A stretch of 44,897 bases of DNA, filler included, from an uncultured Methanoregulaceae archaeon (GCA_964530035.1; 17 parts of 17 records of this genome joined end to end with filler, not necessarily neighbours in it), one strand, 5' to 3'; counted from the first letter of the whole stretch, positions 30,897 to 42,158 are shown. Numbers and translations are program-made. Notes: generated by a model from the letters alone, not told the origin.

Positions 30897-31949
30897 ATGT
30901 GCGGGATAATAGGAGTCGTGGACCGCCGGAGAAAACCGATGGATGGTTCACAGATACAAAAAGCCCTCTCCCTGATGGACGAACGGGGGAGCGGTGAGGG
31001 TTCCGGGTATGTTGTGTACGGCGCATTTCCGGAGTACAGAGACTATTATGCCATTCACGTCTTCTTCGACAACATTCACCTGACAAAACCGGCCGTTGAC
31101 GAGGTGCTCTCGTCCTGGGGTGCGGTACGGCACGAAGAGGAGGTCCCGACCTACGATACCGGGAAGATCAAGAAGGTCCATACACCGTACCGGTATTTCT
31201 TCAAACCCGATACGAGTCTCATGCCGAGGAGCGCCACACCAGGCGACGATATCGTCACCCAGATCGTGATGAAGGTCAACACGACGATCCCGGGGGCCCT
31301 GGTGTACTCTTCGGGCAAGAACGTCGCGGTGTTCAAGGCATCGGGATGGCCCGAGGACGTCGCCGATTTCTACCGGATCGAGGACTACGAGGGGTACATC
31401 TGGCTCGGTCACAACCGCTACCCGACCAACACCCCCGGGTGGTGGGGAGGGGCCCACCCCTTCAACCTGCTCGACTGGTCCGTGGTCCACAACGGCGAGA
31501 TCACCTCCTACGGCACCAACATGCGCTATATCGAGTCGTTCGGGTACACCTGCACCATGTTCACGGACACCGAGGTCGTCGCATACCTCTTCGACCTCCT
31601 CATCCGGCAGCACAACCTCCCCCCGGAGATCGCCGTCCGGGCGCTCGCCCCTCCGTTCTGGGACGAGATCGAGCGGATGCCGGAAAAGGAACGCCTCCTC
31701 AACACAGCCCTCCGCCTCACCTACGGACCGGCAATGATGAACGGACCATTTGCCATCGTCGTCGCCAGCCATGACGGCATCGTCGGCTTCACCGACCGGA
31801 TAAAGCTCCGGCCCCTCGTTACCGGGACGAACGGAGACCGGCTCTACATCTCAAGCGAGGAGGCGGCGATCAGGACCTATGACCCGGAGGTCACCGGGAT
31901 CCAGATGCCAAGGGCCGGTGAGCCGGTCATAGGGCGGGTGATAGCATGA
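30897..31949 (+). CDS. Archaeal glutamate synthase, class II glutamine amidotransferase subunit
   Basis: N-terminal MCGIIG, GHNRYPTNT, AHPF, VHNGEI, TDTEV, DRIKLRP. Confidence 0.93.
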   Translation: MCGIIGVVDRRRKPMDGSQIQKALSLMDERGSGEGSGYVVYGAFPEYRDYYAIHVFFDNIHLTKPAVDEVLSSWGAVRHEEEVPTYDTGKIKKVHTPYRYFFKPDTSLMPRSATPGDDIVTQIVMKVNTTIPGALVYSSGKNVAVFKASGWPEDVADFYRIEDYEGYIWLGHNRYPTNTPGWWGGAHPFNLLDWSVVHNGEITSYGTNMRYIESFGYTCTMFTDTEVVAYLFDLLIRQHNLPPEIAVRALAPPFWDEIERMPEKERLLNTALRLTYGPAMMNGPFAIVVASHDGIVGFTDRIKLRPLVTGTNGDRLYISSEEAAIRTYDPEVTGIQMPRAGEPVIGRVIA

Positions 31950-32475
31950 GCATCGGTTCGGTCCCCATGAAGTACCGGGTCACCATCGACCGGGACCAGT
32001 GCATGCTCTGCGGGCGGTGCATCGAGAACTGTCCTTACGGGGTGTACCGGAAGGATGGGGAGCATATCAGGATCAACTCCCGCAACTGCGTCGCATGTCA
32101 TCGCTGCATCGCCATGTGCCCGAGGGACGCCATCTCCCTCGAAGAGAAACCGCAGGACTACCGCTCCCACCCGGTATGGACCCGCGAGGTCAGGGAGGCC
32201 ATCTACAACCAGGCACGGAGCGGGAAGATCATCCTCGCGGGAATGGGAAATGCCCTCCCCTACCCAAGCATCTTCGACAGGCTCGTCCTGGACGCCTGCC
32301 AGGTCACGAACCCGAGCATCGACCCCCTGCGGGAGCCGATGGAACTTCGGACCTACATCGGCAAGAAACCCAGGAAGCTCGAACTTTCACGGTCTCCTTC
32401 AGGCGACGTGGACCTGGCAACGACCCTTGCACCGAACCTCCAGTGTGAGACCCCCATCATGATCGGGCACATGAG
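31946..32475 (+). CDS. Archaeal glutamate synthase FMN subunit with N-terminal 2x[4Fe-4S] ferredoxin (3' truncated)
   Basis: CxxCxxCxxxCP twice, QVTNPSIDPLREP, TPIMIGHMS. ATGA overlap with the previous gene. Confidence 0.93.
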
Positions 32476-32575
32476 NNNNNNNNNNNNNNNNNNNNNNNNN
32501 NNNNNNNNNNNNNNNNNNNTTAATTAATTAANNNNNNNNNNNNNNNNNNNNNNNNNNNNNNNNNNNNNNNNNNNN

Positions 32576-33135
32576 TCGAAGAGTCCGCCGGCCAGAAGAC
32601 GGCAATGCTCATGGAGTGGGGACTTATGCTGCCGACACGCCATGAAGGCCGCCGGGAGGTCCGGCCTATCAACGTCCGCGATGACTCCCTTGAAACAAAA
32701 CCTGTGTTTTCGCGCCTTTTTACCACCGGGAGGTGCCTCATCCCTGCAGACGGGTTTTACGAATGGGGAAAAGCCGGAGGTGCAGCAGGCCGTGCTCCCT
32801 GGTATTTCAGGAGACGGGACCACGAGGTCTTTGCATTCGCAGGTATATGCAATACAGGAGGTGGCGGGGAGAAAGCCGGCACGGGTTCCTGTGCCATCAT
32901 CACGACCGGACCCAACAGGATCGTGAGAGTGATCCATGACCGTATGCCGGTGATCCTGGAGGAACGCGATGAACCCACCTGGCTTTCCCCCGGGTCGACA
33001 CCTGAAAAAGCCATTTCCTGCCTGAAACCATGTCCGGATGACATCCTCGAGACGTACCAGGTGGACCGGATGGTGAACAACCCGGCCCACGAAGGCCCCG
33101 CCCTTGTCCAACGCACTCAGACAACCCTGTACTGA
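32576..33135 (+). CDS. SOS response-associated peptidase (SRAP/YedK family), 5' truncated
   Basis: WGL, INVR, RCLIPADGFYEW, FAFAGI, IHDRMPVIL, VNNP. Confidence 0.93.
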
Positions 33136-33227
33136 CGCAGGGCTGGTCCTGACCCTGTGCCTGCCGTGACCCCTTTGCGTGATTTTCGATAGTATTCCGA
33201 CAGGGGTGCTCCCGTATCTCTGCCCGG

Positions 33228-33656
33228 TCACCCTGCCAGGGGATACGATTGACCTGATTCCTGGCCCGCTGCCGGGACCGAGAAGTGGACCTGGGCGATC
33301 TTCCACCTGCCGCCCTCCCTGACAAAGACACCGGTCATCCTCCCGTCCATTGGAAGGTCCCTTTCTGCAATGGCAGCGATGAAGAGGCAGTCAGCCTCGA
33401 ACCAGGCAACGGATCCCTGTGAGTGAACCGACAGGTCGGAAAACTCCAGCCGGATATGCCCGCTCTGTGCAAAGTCACGTTTTATCTGGGCTTTATAGGA
33501 TGCGATGCCACGGACCTTTTCATCAGGTCCTGTTCCGTATCCCCCAATTTCCGGGGTAACCATGAGGAGAAGTTCTCCCAGGTCCCTGGATTCGTACAGA
33601 GCGGCCATCCGTGCCAGGGCAGCGGCAATTTCCCTATGAGCGTCGTTTTTCTCCAT
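33228..33656 (-). CDS. SnoaL-like / NTF2 family protein
   Basis: GTGPDEKVRG..IKRDF, G.VAW, RMTGVF.REGGRWKIAQVHFSVP. Confidence 0.88.
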   Translation of the reverse strand: MEKNDAHREIAAALARMAALYESRDLGELLLMVTPEIGGYGTGPDEKVRGIASYKAQIKRDFAQSGHIRLEFSDLSVHSQGSVAWFEADCLFIAAIAERDLPMDGRMTGVFVREGGRWKIAQVHFSVPAAGQESGQSYPLAG

Positions 33657-33777
33657 GATGTACTCGTGATACTATCGTCTGCCCTGCCAATGAGACTTAC
33701 CATTTCCCGCGGTTCCGGGCAGTGCAATACCCGCCCGGCAGCATCAGGCCATCGGGGAAACCATGAGACAGACAACG

Positions 33778-34365
33778 TCAGGGATGATGTATCTCAATGA
33801 CGCCCCGTTCTTTCAGGGCAAAAAAGCATTTCGCACAGGTCATGACGTCATCCCTGCCCCGGTGGGCCTGGTCAGGCGGGTGCCCAAAGAGGTGGGAATG
33901 GAGTTCGCTGAGGCTCGGCCATTTGTACTGCCCGTACCTCCCGGGGATGCGGCAGAACGCGGCGGACTGCTTCATCGTGCATATCATCGGGATTGCCATG
34001 GGTGACAAGGATAACCCGGAGCGTACGAGTTCCGCAGCAATGACCGCGACATCATAGTCGATGTTATGGGCCACCAGGTACCCGGCCTGTGTCCTCGCGG
34101 CAAGGAACTGTTCCAGGGCCTGGCGGACGGGCATACCGTTTTCATCAGCCTTTTCCGTGGTTATTCCATGAATGCTGACGGCCTCGGCGGGTACGGTAAA
34201 CCCGCGGGGGATGATAAGGGTACTCATTCCGTCAATAACCCTGCCGCCTTCATCGCAGAGGAGCCAGGCCAGCTCCACCATCCGAGGCCAGTTCCCGACA
34301 TCATCCCATGGTGCGTCCCACCGGCCGGGAAGACCAGTCGTCTCAGTATCGACAAAAAGGTACAT
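33778..34365 (-). CDS. DEDDh 3'-5' exonuclease (DnaQ-like)
   Basis: ExoI DTETTG, IHGIT, ExoII VAHNIDYD, ExoIII AHRGRDD. Confidence 0.93.
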   Translation of the reverse strand: MYLFVDTETTGLPGRWDAPWDDVGNWPRMVELAWLLCDEGGRVIDGMSTLIIPRGFTVPAEAVSIHGITTEKADENGMPVRQALEQFLAARTQAGYLVAHNIDYDVAVIAAELVRSGLSLSPMAIPMICTMKQSAAFCRIPGRYGQYKWPSLSELHSHLFGHPPDQAHRGRDDVMTCAKCFFALKERGVIEIHHP

Positions 34366-34684
34366 GCCGTAAAGTCCCCGGAATATCGCCCCGTAATGCC
34401 ATAAACATGCCGTTTCAAGCAATACAGGAAATATCGCCGGGATTACACGTTTATGGGCAGATATCCAACAGATGATGAAAAATTACGGGGGGGGTCCTTT
34501 TCAGGGGAGGCATATTCCAGAATTTTTTCCAGTAATATGATGACGGTGAATGGGAAGGGGGGGCCATTCTCCACTTCATATAAATAAGGGTTTATTTTAT
34601 GCTCATTTGAAACCCTCATGAACGCTTGTCCGAGTATGTTTCAACTGAGTCAAAAAGCCTCAATTTTAACGAATAATTCTTCCG

Positions 34685-34706
34685 TACCTGACATAAATGT
34701 CAGGTA
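34685..34706. promoter_or_regulatory. 22-bp palindrome, putative protein-binding site
   Basis: TACCTGACAT-AA-ATGTCAGGTA in an AT-rich intergenic region. Confidence 0.5.
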
Positions 34707-34932
34707 ACCTGTATGATTGAAGAAATGGGATCTAAAATTTTTCAGACCTTGTTGAATGGTTCCAGACCTTGCTGAAAACCCGTAGCCTCACCTTTCCCGA
34801 TATTCCCTACACATCAATGCTTCAGTGGGGGCNNNNNNNNNNNNNNNNNNNNNNNNNNNNNNNNNNNNNNNNNNNNTTAATTAATTAANNNNNNNNNNNN
34901 NNNNNNNNNNNNNNNNNNNNNNNNNNNNNNNN

Positions 34933-35468
34933 CCAAGGTCCGCTCCTACTGATGCCAGAAAGTGGTCACACAACTCGACGGTCCTGTCCTTCCAGTATAT
35001 CTCATTGCTTTCGGTGTTGAAGGCGTGGTGGGCCATCATCTCGAAACAGGTCATGTGGCGTCCGGACCTGCCGACGCTGTCAAGGTCGTTCAACCTGATG
35101 CAGGGCTGTGAAATAGTGAGGGGGTTCGCAGGCGGAGGGACAATTCCGGATGTTACAAAAGGCTGAAAATCGGCAATGGAGGCGATGGTCAGGTAAATGT
35201 CATCCCGCCAGCGTGCAGCGACGGGGTACCTGGGAATCCGGGTATGGCCGTTCTGCTCGTGAAAGGTGAGAAAGGCCTCGCGCATCTCTGCTGGTGAATG
35301 GCTTTTGAATACAGGCTTGCCGATAAATTCATAGGGGACGCAGGGGGCGTCGCCGCATACCTCGGTGTCAGGGTTGCGTGTCCAGAACGCCGCACCACAA
35401 CGGGAACAGACCTTCCGTACAAATCCCTGCTCTGAAAAATAATTCAGGTTATATTCTTCCTCAAGCAT
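34933..35468 (-). CDS. alaS: Alanyl-tRNA synthetase, archaeal type (3' truncated)
   Basis: [48 protein letters not shown]. Confidence 0.98.
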
Positions 35469-35492
35469 GTGAAAACCACTGGAAATTGTGTA

Positions 35493-35852
35493 TTATTTCG
35501 TTCCTGGTCGGTCATTAGTGTTATCATCACCCGGTGCATCACGGAGGTACTCCTGGTACCAGAGGTCGACCGGTTCATAATCACCCGTAAGCAAGGCGAT
35601 TTTTTGTGCAAGGATATGAGAGCACCGCCCTCCCCTGTATCGGAAGTCGTCGCAGGTACAGAACTCCTCGTCGACGACATACTCATCGTTTTTCCCCACG
35701 ACAACGAAGAAGTCAAGGTATTTTTTAACCCTGCGCCCGTCAACGATCCGGAGCGCTTTTTCCCCGCGGGTACCGTAAGCCTGCCTGATTCGCTCTCTAA
35801 TCGTGGGAGTAAGTCTTTTTTGGCCCTCTATCTCCTCCCAGATGTCACTCAT
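35493..35852 (-). CDS. SWIM zinc-finger protein
   Basis: CTCDDF...CSH (CxCxnCxH). Its start overlaps the nif3-like stop. Confidence 0.88.
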   Translation of the reverse strand: MSDIWEEIEGQKRLTPTIRERIRQAYGTRGEKALRIVDGRRVKKYLDFFVVVGKNDEYVVDEEFCTCDDFRYRGGRCSHILAQKIALLTGDYEPVDLWYQEYLRDAPGDDNTNDRPGTK

Positions 35853-36556
35853 GGAACCGTTGAAAACCTGGGAAGCTCTTCAAGGTACGTCCACCCCATC
35901 CTTCCTGCAAACTGTTTCATGGCAAGGGCTTCGAGTGCCTGGTGGGTTGCTTCAAGACAGGGAAACGGCGCCTCGAGGGCGACGGAGTGTTTCAGCTCTG
36001 CTGACAGGAATGCATCCGCGCCAAGCTGCAAGGCTTCAGAAAAGAGCAGGGTATCGAAACCCGACCCCCCTACGACAGCGAGCCGACTGATGTCAGTACA
36101 ATCCCCGTATACCCGAAGGGGAAAACCTGTGATATTAAAAATTCTCCTGGGCGACAGGTGACAGTTGCCGACCACGCCGATACTCATTGAAGCCCGGTTT
36201 GAGAGTCCGAGGAGGTCTGCAAGACAGTCATTTATTCCTCCTGGCGCACGGTCAAGATTTGTATGCATGACATAGATATTCAGGCCCGATGAGAGCGCAG
36301 AACCGAGCACCTCCGCAATCCTGCCGCGGATCCTGGTGAGGGGAGTCCAGATAGGAGTATGGTGCACGATGAGCATGTCGGCGCCTTCTGAGATTGCATC
36401 CTCCACTATGGAAGGGGTTGCATCAAGGGCTGCACATATCTTCCGAACCTCATCCTTTCCTTCGACTACCAGTCCAATCCGTCCTATGTCATAGTCCTCT
36501 GCGAGATCCTCGGGTGCGAGTGCCCATAGATCCCGGATAAGTGCATCCCTTTCCAT
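35849..36556 (-). CDS. Nif3-like dinuclear metal centre protein
   Basis: ALDAT, IVHHT, MHTNLD, GGSG, AELKH, ATH...E. Confidence 0.93.
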   Translation of the reverse strand: MERDALIRDLWALAPEDLAEDYDIGRIGLVVEGKDEVRKICAALDATPSIVEDAISEGADMLIVHHTPIWTPLTRIRGRIAEVLGSALSSGLNIYVMHTNLDRAPGGINDCLADLLGLSNRASMSIGVVGNCHLSPRRIFNITGFPLRVYGDCTDISRLAVVGGSGFDTLLFSEALQLGADAFLSAELKHSVALEAPFPCLEATHQALEALAMKQFAGRMGWTYLEELPRFSTVP

Positions 36557-36648
36557 CCGCCTTTTTCCCCCGGTTTTTTTAAAATACCGTCTACGTAACG
36601 GTATTTAACAGCCTGTTATAAATAATGCCGGCACGAAAATAGGTGTTC

Positions 36649-37159
36649 ATGGAAAAGTCCATCGGGCTTATCAACGAGCGGATAAGGGACGGGAACGCCC
36701 GGGTGGTAACCGCCGAGGAGATGCCCGCGGTTGTCACCGATCTTGGGGTTGAAGGAGCTCTCGCTGAGGTCGACGTCGTCACAACCGGGACCTTCGGTGC
36801 TATGTGTTCCTCCGGGGCTTTCCTCAATTTCGGACATGCTGACCCGCCAATCAGGATGGAACGGATATGGCTGAATGACGTTGAGGCGTATGGGGGGATT
36901 GCCGCTGTCGATGCCTATATTGGCGCCACTCAGCCTTCAGATACCCGCGAGGCAGAATATGGCGGCGCCCATGTCATAGAAGACTTCATCGCGGGAAAAG
37001 CAATTGAGCTACGGGCTACATCGCATGGAACGGACTGTTATCCGCGCCAGAGCATCACTACGGAACTGATGCTCGAGGACCTTAACCAGGCCATCATGGT
37101 GAATCCGCGGAATGCATATCAGAGATACAACGCTGCGACCAACTCGACAGACAGGACAT
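36649..37159 (+). CDS. DUF39 homocysteine biosynthesis protein (L-aspartate semialdehyde sulfurtransferase type), 3' truncated
   Basis: [38 protein letters not shown]. Confidence 0.9.
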
Positions 37160-37259
37160 NNNNNNNNNNNNNNNNNNNNNNNNNNNNNNNNNNNNNNNNN
37201 NNNTTAATTAATTAANNNNNNNNNNNNNNNNNNNNNNNNNNNNNNNNNNNNNNNNNNNN

Positions 37260-38941
37260 TGAGTAAAATACGCTACGATACCTTCAAGGTCTGCATGGTC
37301 GATCCGGACAAACCCCACCCTTTCGAACTGGACGACACGCCCGGCATGGTCGAGGACTCCGGGTTCGCAGAAACCCTTCCTGTCTCCTTCGGGAGTATGG
37401 AGTATGCATGGTATCGACTCCTCTGCAGGCAGCCACTGGATGATGGGAGCTCCCGCGGCCCGGATATCGGAGATGGCGTCACCTGCATAACGGGCTTCGT
37501 TTACTCCATCACGGGACGCGATATGAACATTAAAGAGGTCTTTCAATCGTACGAGGCCTCCCTTTCCTGGAATTTCCCGTGAAGGGATGAACACTGCCTT
37601 CTCAAAGGAAAGAACCCGGCAACCCCTTTTTTCATCTCCCGGATACTTCATAGCCCGTGCCTGCTGGGGGACAGCTCCCAGAACCTCGAAACGCACGGGT
37701 TCTTCTACGAAAAAAAACCTGTCAGCCTCGAAATCAACCAGTGCCCGGTTACGTGCAAAGAGGTTGTCCCATGAAAACGATATATCGGTTTCTCCGATAC
37801 CGATATCGGTCATGGACCGCCTGACCGCTTCGGGCTGTATTCCCCGTCGTGCCAGCGCACGGAGCGTTCCAAGCCGGATATCATCCCAACCTGTGTAGGA
37901 CCCTTCTGATATGCCCTGGCGCATCTGCGAGGTGGAGAGGATAACGCCCTCTATCCCCATCCTGCCATAATGAAGGTACCTGGGAGGGGTCCAACCGAAA
38001 TAATCAAAAATGTACTGTTGTCTCCGTGTATTGGCAATATGGTCCTTCCCGCGGATCACGTGCGTCATGCCGAGGAGGTGGTCGTCAACCGCGACCGAGA
38101 AGTTCATCAATGGATAGAGGGTTGCTTCGACACGCGGATGAATCGTACTGGTCAGGATCCTGAAGAGGGGAAAATCCCTCATAGCGGGGTCGGGGTGTAC
38201 AAGGTCAGTCTTTATTCTGACCGATGCTTCCCCCTCGGCATATTCACCTGCCTTCATGGACTCCCAGCGTGCGAGCTGATCCTCGACCTCCCCGGCACGA
38301 CAGGGGCAGGCGGCGCCGTGTTGTCGCATCTCCCTGAACCGATCGTTATCGCAGGTACACACATACGCGCCACCAAGTCCGATGAGTTTCCCTGCATACT
38401 CCTGGTACAATTCAAGCCGGTCGCTCTGGTATACAACTTCGCTGATCCCGAGCCCGAGCCATTCGCAGTCCTCGACAACCAGGGAATAAGCTGCAGGGTC
38501 GACCCGCTTGGGGTCGGTATCCTCTATTCTGAGGACGTATTTTCCCCCATACCGCCTGACATATTCATCATTCAGTATCGCAGCCCGTGCGTGGCCGAGA
38601 TGAAGGGGGCCGCTGGGATTGGGGGCAAATCGCATGACGACCCCGTTTTCCCCGCCGGCCAGTGCTGGAAGAGCCTTCTCAGTGGTTTTTTTCTGGTTCT
38701 TGTTTTCAAAAAAACCTGGTTCGAGCTCGAGGAGAAGCTTTTTCCTGTCTTCACCTGACATGGCCGCAACTTTTACAACGACCTCGGTTGCTGTGGCTGT
38801 GACCGCTCTTGCATGAACTTTCAGTTCAGGGTGTTTTCCAAGGACCATGCCGACAACGGTCCCTGCCTTGGGGACACTATCATGCTTCACAGCATTTTCA
38901 AGAGCTGCCAGGTAGACACAGGCCTGGATGGTGTCCTGCAC
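37260..38941 (-). CDS. gltX: Glutamyl-tRNA synthetase, archaeal type (last codons cut)
   Basis: MRFAPNPSGPLHLGH, RIEDTDP, HVIRGKDH, LSTS, QFERVGF. GTG start. Confidence 0.98.
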
Positions 38942-38942
38942 G

Positions 38943-39399
38943 TCAGGTCCCCCTGCTCACGAAATAGTCACCAATCGCGAGCAGGAGGTCTTTCTCCTCG
39001 GAATCAGGGAGGATCGACAGGCGTTCCTTGGCGGAACTGACAAGGTCGTCTGCAACCTGCTTAACCTCCCGGATGACACCCTCGCGTTCCAATAGTGCCA
39101 CAACCTCGTCAATTTCCGAGTCAGACAGGTTTCGCTGATAGGGTTTGAGATCGATACCCTTCTCGCGGGCCTTGATGCTGATCAGGGTCTTTTTTCCCTC
39201 GCGAAGATCAGATGCCCGGTCTTTTCCACTTTTTTCAACTGGGGCAAGGAGGTCAATGAGGTCATCCTGGACCTGGAAGGCAGTGCCAATGGCAAGTCCG
39301 TAATGATACAGCGAATCGGCGTAGACCGGGGCACCACCAGCAATTATCGCCCCAATTCCTGCAGAGGCAGCATACAGCACTCCGGTCTTTTTTCGGACC
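38943..39399 (-). CDS. idsA: Geranylgeranyl diphosphate / polyprenyl synthase (C-terminal fragment)
   Basis: KKTG, AFQVQDDLID, GKDRASDLREGKKT. Typical archaeal position upstream of gltX. Confidence 0.9.
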
Positions 39400-39499
39400 N
39401 NNNNNNNNNNNNNNNNNNNNNNNNNNNNNNNNNNNNNNNNNNNTTAATTAATTAANNNNNNNNNNNNNNNNNNNNNNNNNNNNNNNNNNNNNNNNNNNN

Positions 39500-39763
39500 C
39501 GGCGTAATCAGCAGAAAACGCCAGTCGGATGTGATTACTCCGGTATCCTCGACCACCCGCATCAGTCCGCCGAACACGATGAACGGGAGCGTCGCAAGGA
39601 CGAGGTCCCGGTCAACCGGGATGCTGTGTTTTTTCATCCAGCGGTACAGGAGGTAGACCGCGATGATCAGGATGATCGCATAGGTCAGGGTATCGACAAC
39701 CGTGTAGGCCTGCCCGGTCCTGATGGGATCAATGTAGTATTTGTAGAAGAATTCCCTAATCAT
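39500..39763 (-). CDS. DUF63 family membrane protein (3' truncated)
   Basis: YTVVDTLTYA, PFIVFGGLMRVVED, LLITP. Confidence 0.85.
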
Positions 39764-39774
39764 TTTTCAGTCCG

Positions 39775-40866
39775 ATGAGTCCAGATGATTTTAGAGTTCT
39801 CAGGAATAAACATTGTGATAAGTCAAGGTGGATGCAGCTCCCCCGGAATGTCCTGATAGGGCATGCGGCTCTTGAACAGGTGGGATCGGTATGCAGCAAC
39901 CTCAGGCTAGGAAAGACGGGTCTCATCATATCAGGCCCCCACACCTGGAAGATCGCCGGGGAAAAGGTGTCGGATGTCCTGTCGGAGTATGCGATGTCGA
40001 GGTATTCCGTCGAACGTATTTCACCTGAAATCCTTGAAGAGGCTGAGAAGGCCGGTAAAAATGCTGATTTTGTCATTGGGATCGGCGGGGGGAAGGTAAT
40101 CGACACGGCAAAGATAACGGCGTACAACCTCACCATACCCTTCATATCGATACCCACAGCCGCATCGCACGATGGGATAGCCTCGGCCCGTGCCTCCATC
40201 CCGCAGGGGGAGGACAATGCATCCATCGCGGCTGAACCCCCGATGGCAATCATCGCAGACACCGGGATTATTGCAAAGGCCCCCCACCGGCTGCTCGCAT
40301 CAGGGTGTGCGGACATTATCTCCAATTATACGGCTATCCTCGACTGGGAACTCTCCCACAGGCTCAGGGATGAGCCGGTCAGCGAGTACGCGGTAACCCT
40401 GTCGAGGATGACCGCAGAGATCCTGGTTAAAAATGCACGGTGCATCAGACCGAACCACGAGGAAAGCGCATGGATGGTCACGAAAGCCCTTGTGTCCTCT
40501 GGCGTGGCCATGAGTATCGCGGGGTCGTCAAGGCCGGCCAGCGGGGGGGAGCATAAATTCGGCCATGCCCTCGAGCGGATTATACCGGGAAAGGTGCTGC
40601 ATGGAGAGGCCTGCGGACTCGGGTCGATCATGACGATGTACCTCCACGGCGGGGACTGGCACCGGATCAGGTCGGCGCTCAAAACGATAGGGGCTCCGAC
40701 AACACCGGCAGAGGCCGGGATACCCGATGAGGCTGCGGTCCAGGCCCTGCTGACGGCAAAGAAAATACGGCCCGAACGGTTCACCATCCTGGACATGGGC
40801 CTTACGAAAGAATCAGCGGAACGGCTTGTAGGACGACTGTACGAGGTGGATGACAAGGATGACTGA
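39775..40866 (+). CDS. egsA: NAD(P)-dependent glycerol-1-phosphate dehydrogenase
   Basis: GIGGGKVIDTAK, PTAASHDGIAS, SSRPASGGEHKFGH, LHGEACG, RFTIL. Confidence 0.97.
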   Translation: MSPDDFRVLRNKHCDKSRWMQLPRNVLIGHAALEQVGSVCSNLRLGKTGLIISGPHTWKIAGEKVSDVLSEYAMSRYSVERISPEILEEAEKAGKNADFVIGIGGGKVIDTAKITAYNLTIPFISIPTAASHDGIASARASIPQGEDNASIAAEPPMAIIADTGIIAKAPHRLLASGCADIISNYTAILDWELSHRLRDEPVSEYAVTLSRMTAEILVKNARCIRPNHEESAWMVTKALVSSGVAMSIAGSSRPASGGEHKFGHALERIIPGKVLHGEACGLGSIMTMYLHGGDWHRIRSALKTIGAPTTPAEAGIPDEAAVQALLTAKKIRPERFTILDMGLTKESAERLVGRLYEVDDKDD

Positions 40867-41304
40867 ACAGAAACCAAAGGTAACCCTGATAGGCAAGGAA
40901 CTGGCGAAGAAAGGCCTTGAATTCATATATGAAGGTGTAACGACGGCCGAGTGCAAGGGGTGCAAGGTGAAAAGGGCCTGCAACAACCTCCATCCCGGAA
41001 GACGTTACCAGATCGTCAACATACGGGCGACCCACCATGATTGTCCCATCCACCTGAACGGCGCATGTGCCGTCGAGGTCGTCGAGGCCTCCATCACCAC
41101 GCTCCTCTCCAGTGACATGGCGATGAAAAATTCACGTTTCCAGTTCATTTCACCCTGCTCGGCCTCGGAATGCAGGTCATTCTCCATCTGCCACGCCGAA
41201 GGGATGGTCGAGGGTGAAAAATACATGGTCACCGAGATCGGCGGGAAGGCGGATGTCGAATGTGAAAAAGGCCGGACATTAAAACACGTGACCGTCCGCC
41301 CCTA
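40850..41304 (+). CDS. UPF0179 family protein (3' end at contig edge)
   Basis: VTLIGKELAK.G.EF, CxxC..C, CPIH, further Cys clusters. Follows egsA. The true start may be 40859. Confidence 0.87.
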
Positions 41305-41404
41305 NNNNNNNNNNNNNNNNNNNNNNNNNNNNNNNNNNNNNNNNNNNNTTAATTAATTAANNNNNNNNNNNNNNNNNNNNNNNNNNNNNNNNNNNNNNNN
41401 NNNN

Positions 41405-41476
41405 AGCCGTTGGAGGGAATTGAACCCTCGACCTGCTGATTACGAATCAGCCGCTATGCCGCTAAGACACAACTGC
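41405..41476 (-). tRNA. tRNA-Thr(CGT), with two stem mismatches
   Basis: Anticodon arm GCTGA-TTCGTAA-TCAGC, T-arm GAGGG-TTCAATT-CCCTC, acceptor GCAGTTG/CAACGGC. Confidence 0.88.
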
Positions 41477-41619
41477 ACCCATGGCAGGATGTCCCACCTG
41501 TGCCCTTAAGGATATGCCTTCATGCTATAAAAAAGTCAGCGGATTTGGGGCATAAACGGCCTTTTCCCACGTGGAATCCGGGGCGATATCCTTTCCCTTA
41601 AGGTTGTGAGGCCCCGTTT

Positions 41620-41916
41620 TCAGGAATATCCGCGCATCGTGGTAACGTTCTGCGGTCCCTTCGGGTCCTGGGGGAGGTCGAGCGTCCCGAACTTGGCCTC
41701 GTACTCGGAGACCGTCTTGCCGAGGACAGCCAGGAGATTTTTCGCATGCCTGGGGGAGATCGAGACGATGGCCTTTCCCCGGGCCTGGTTTACACCCGGT
41801 ATCTGGTGGAGGAAGAGAAAGGTGAACTCGTCGTCCTTGTAGGCGATCTGGATCATGTTGCTGTAGACCGGGTCGAGGGTGGGAGGGATGGTAACCTGGA
41901 TCTCCTGGTTCGTCAT
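41620..41916 (-). CDS. DUF3467 family protein
   Basis: VYSNMIQI...EFTFLF...ISPRHAKNL...YEAKFG. ATG at 41916. Confidence 0.88.
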   Translation of the reverse strand: MTNQEIQVTIPPTLDPVYSNMIQIAYKDDEFTFLFLHQIPGVNQARGKAIVSISPRHAKNLLAVLGKTVSEYEAKFGTLDLPQDPKGPQNVTTMRGYS

Positions 41917-42158
41917 GCTTAACAGGTTCACGGGACGGGCGTTAATACCTTCTTCACCGGAATTTTCTTCTCTGCTCTCCGATAGGAAACGGACGTTTCC
42001 TCCGCCCGGTCCCATCCGTTCCAAGCTCCCCTGAAAATAGGGGGTCACCCTGCATCCCGGACATACCTCATTGCTCCCGGACAAAAAGGAGCCTTTATCG
42101 AAGACAAAATCCTAACGGAGAATAAGACAGGCGGTACCACCCGTCCAGGAGATCATCC

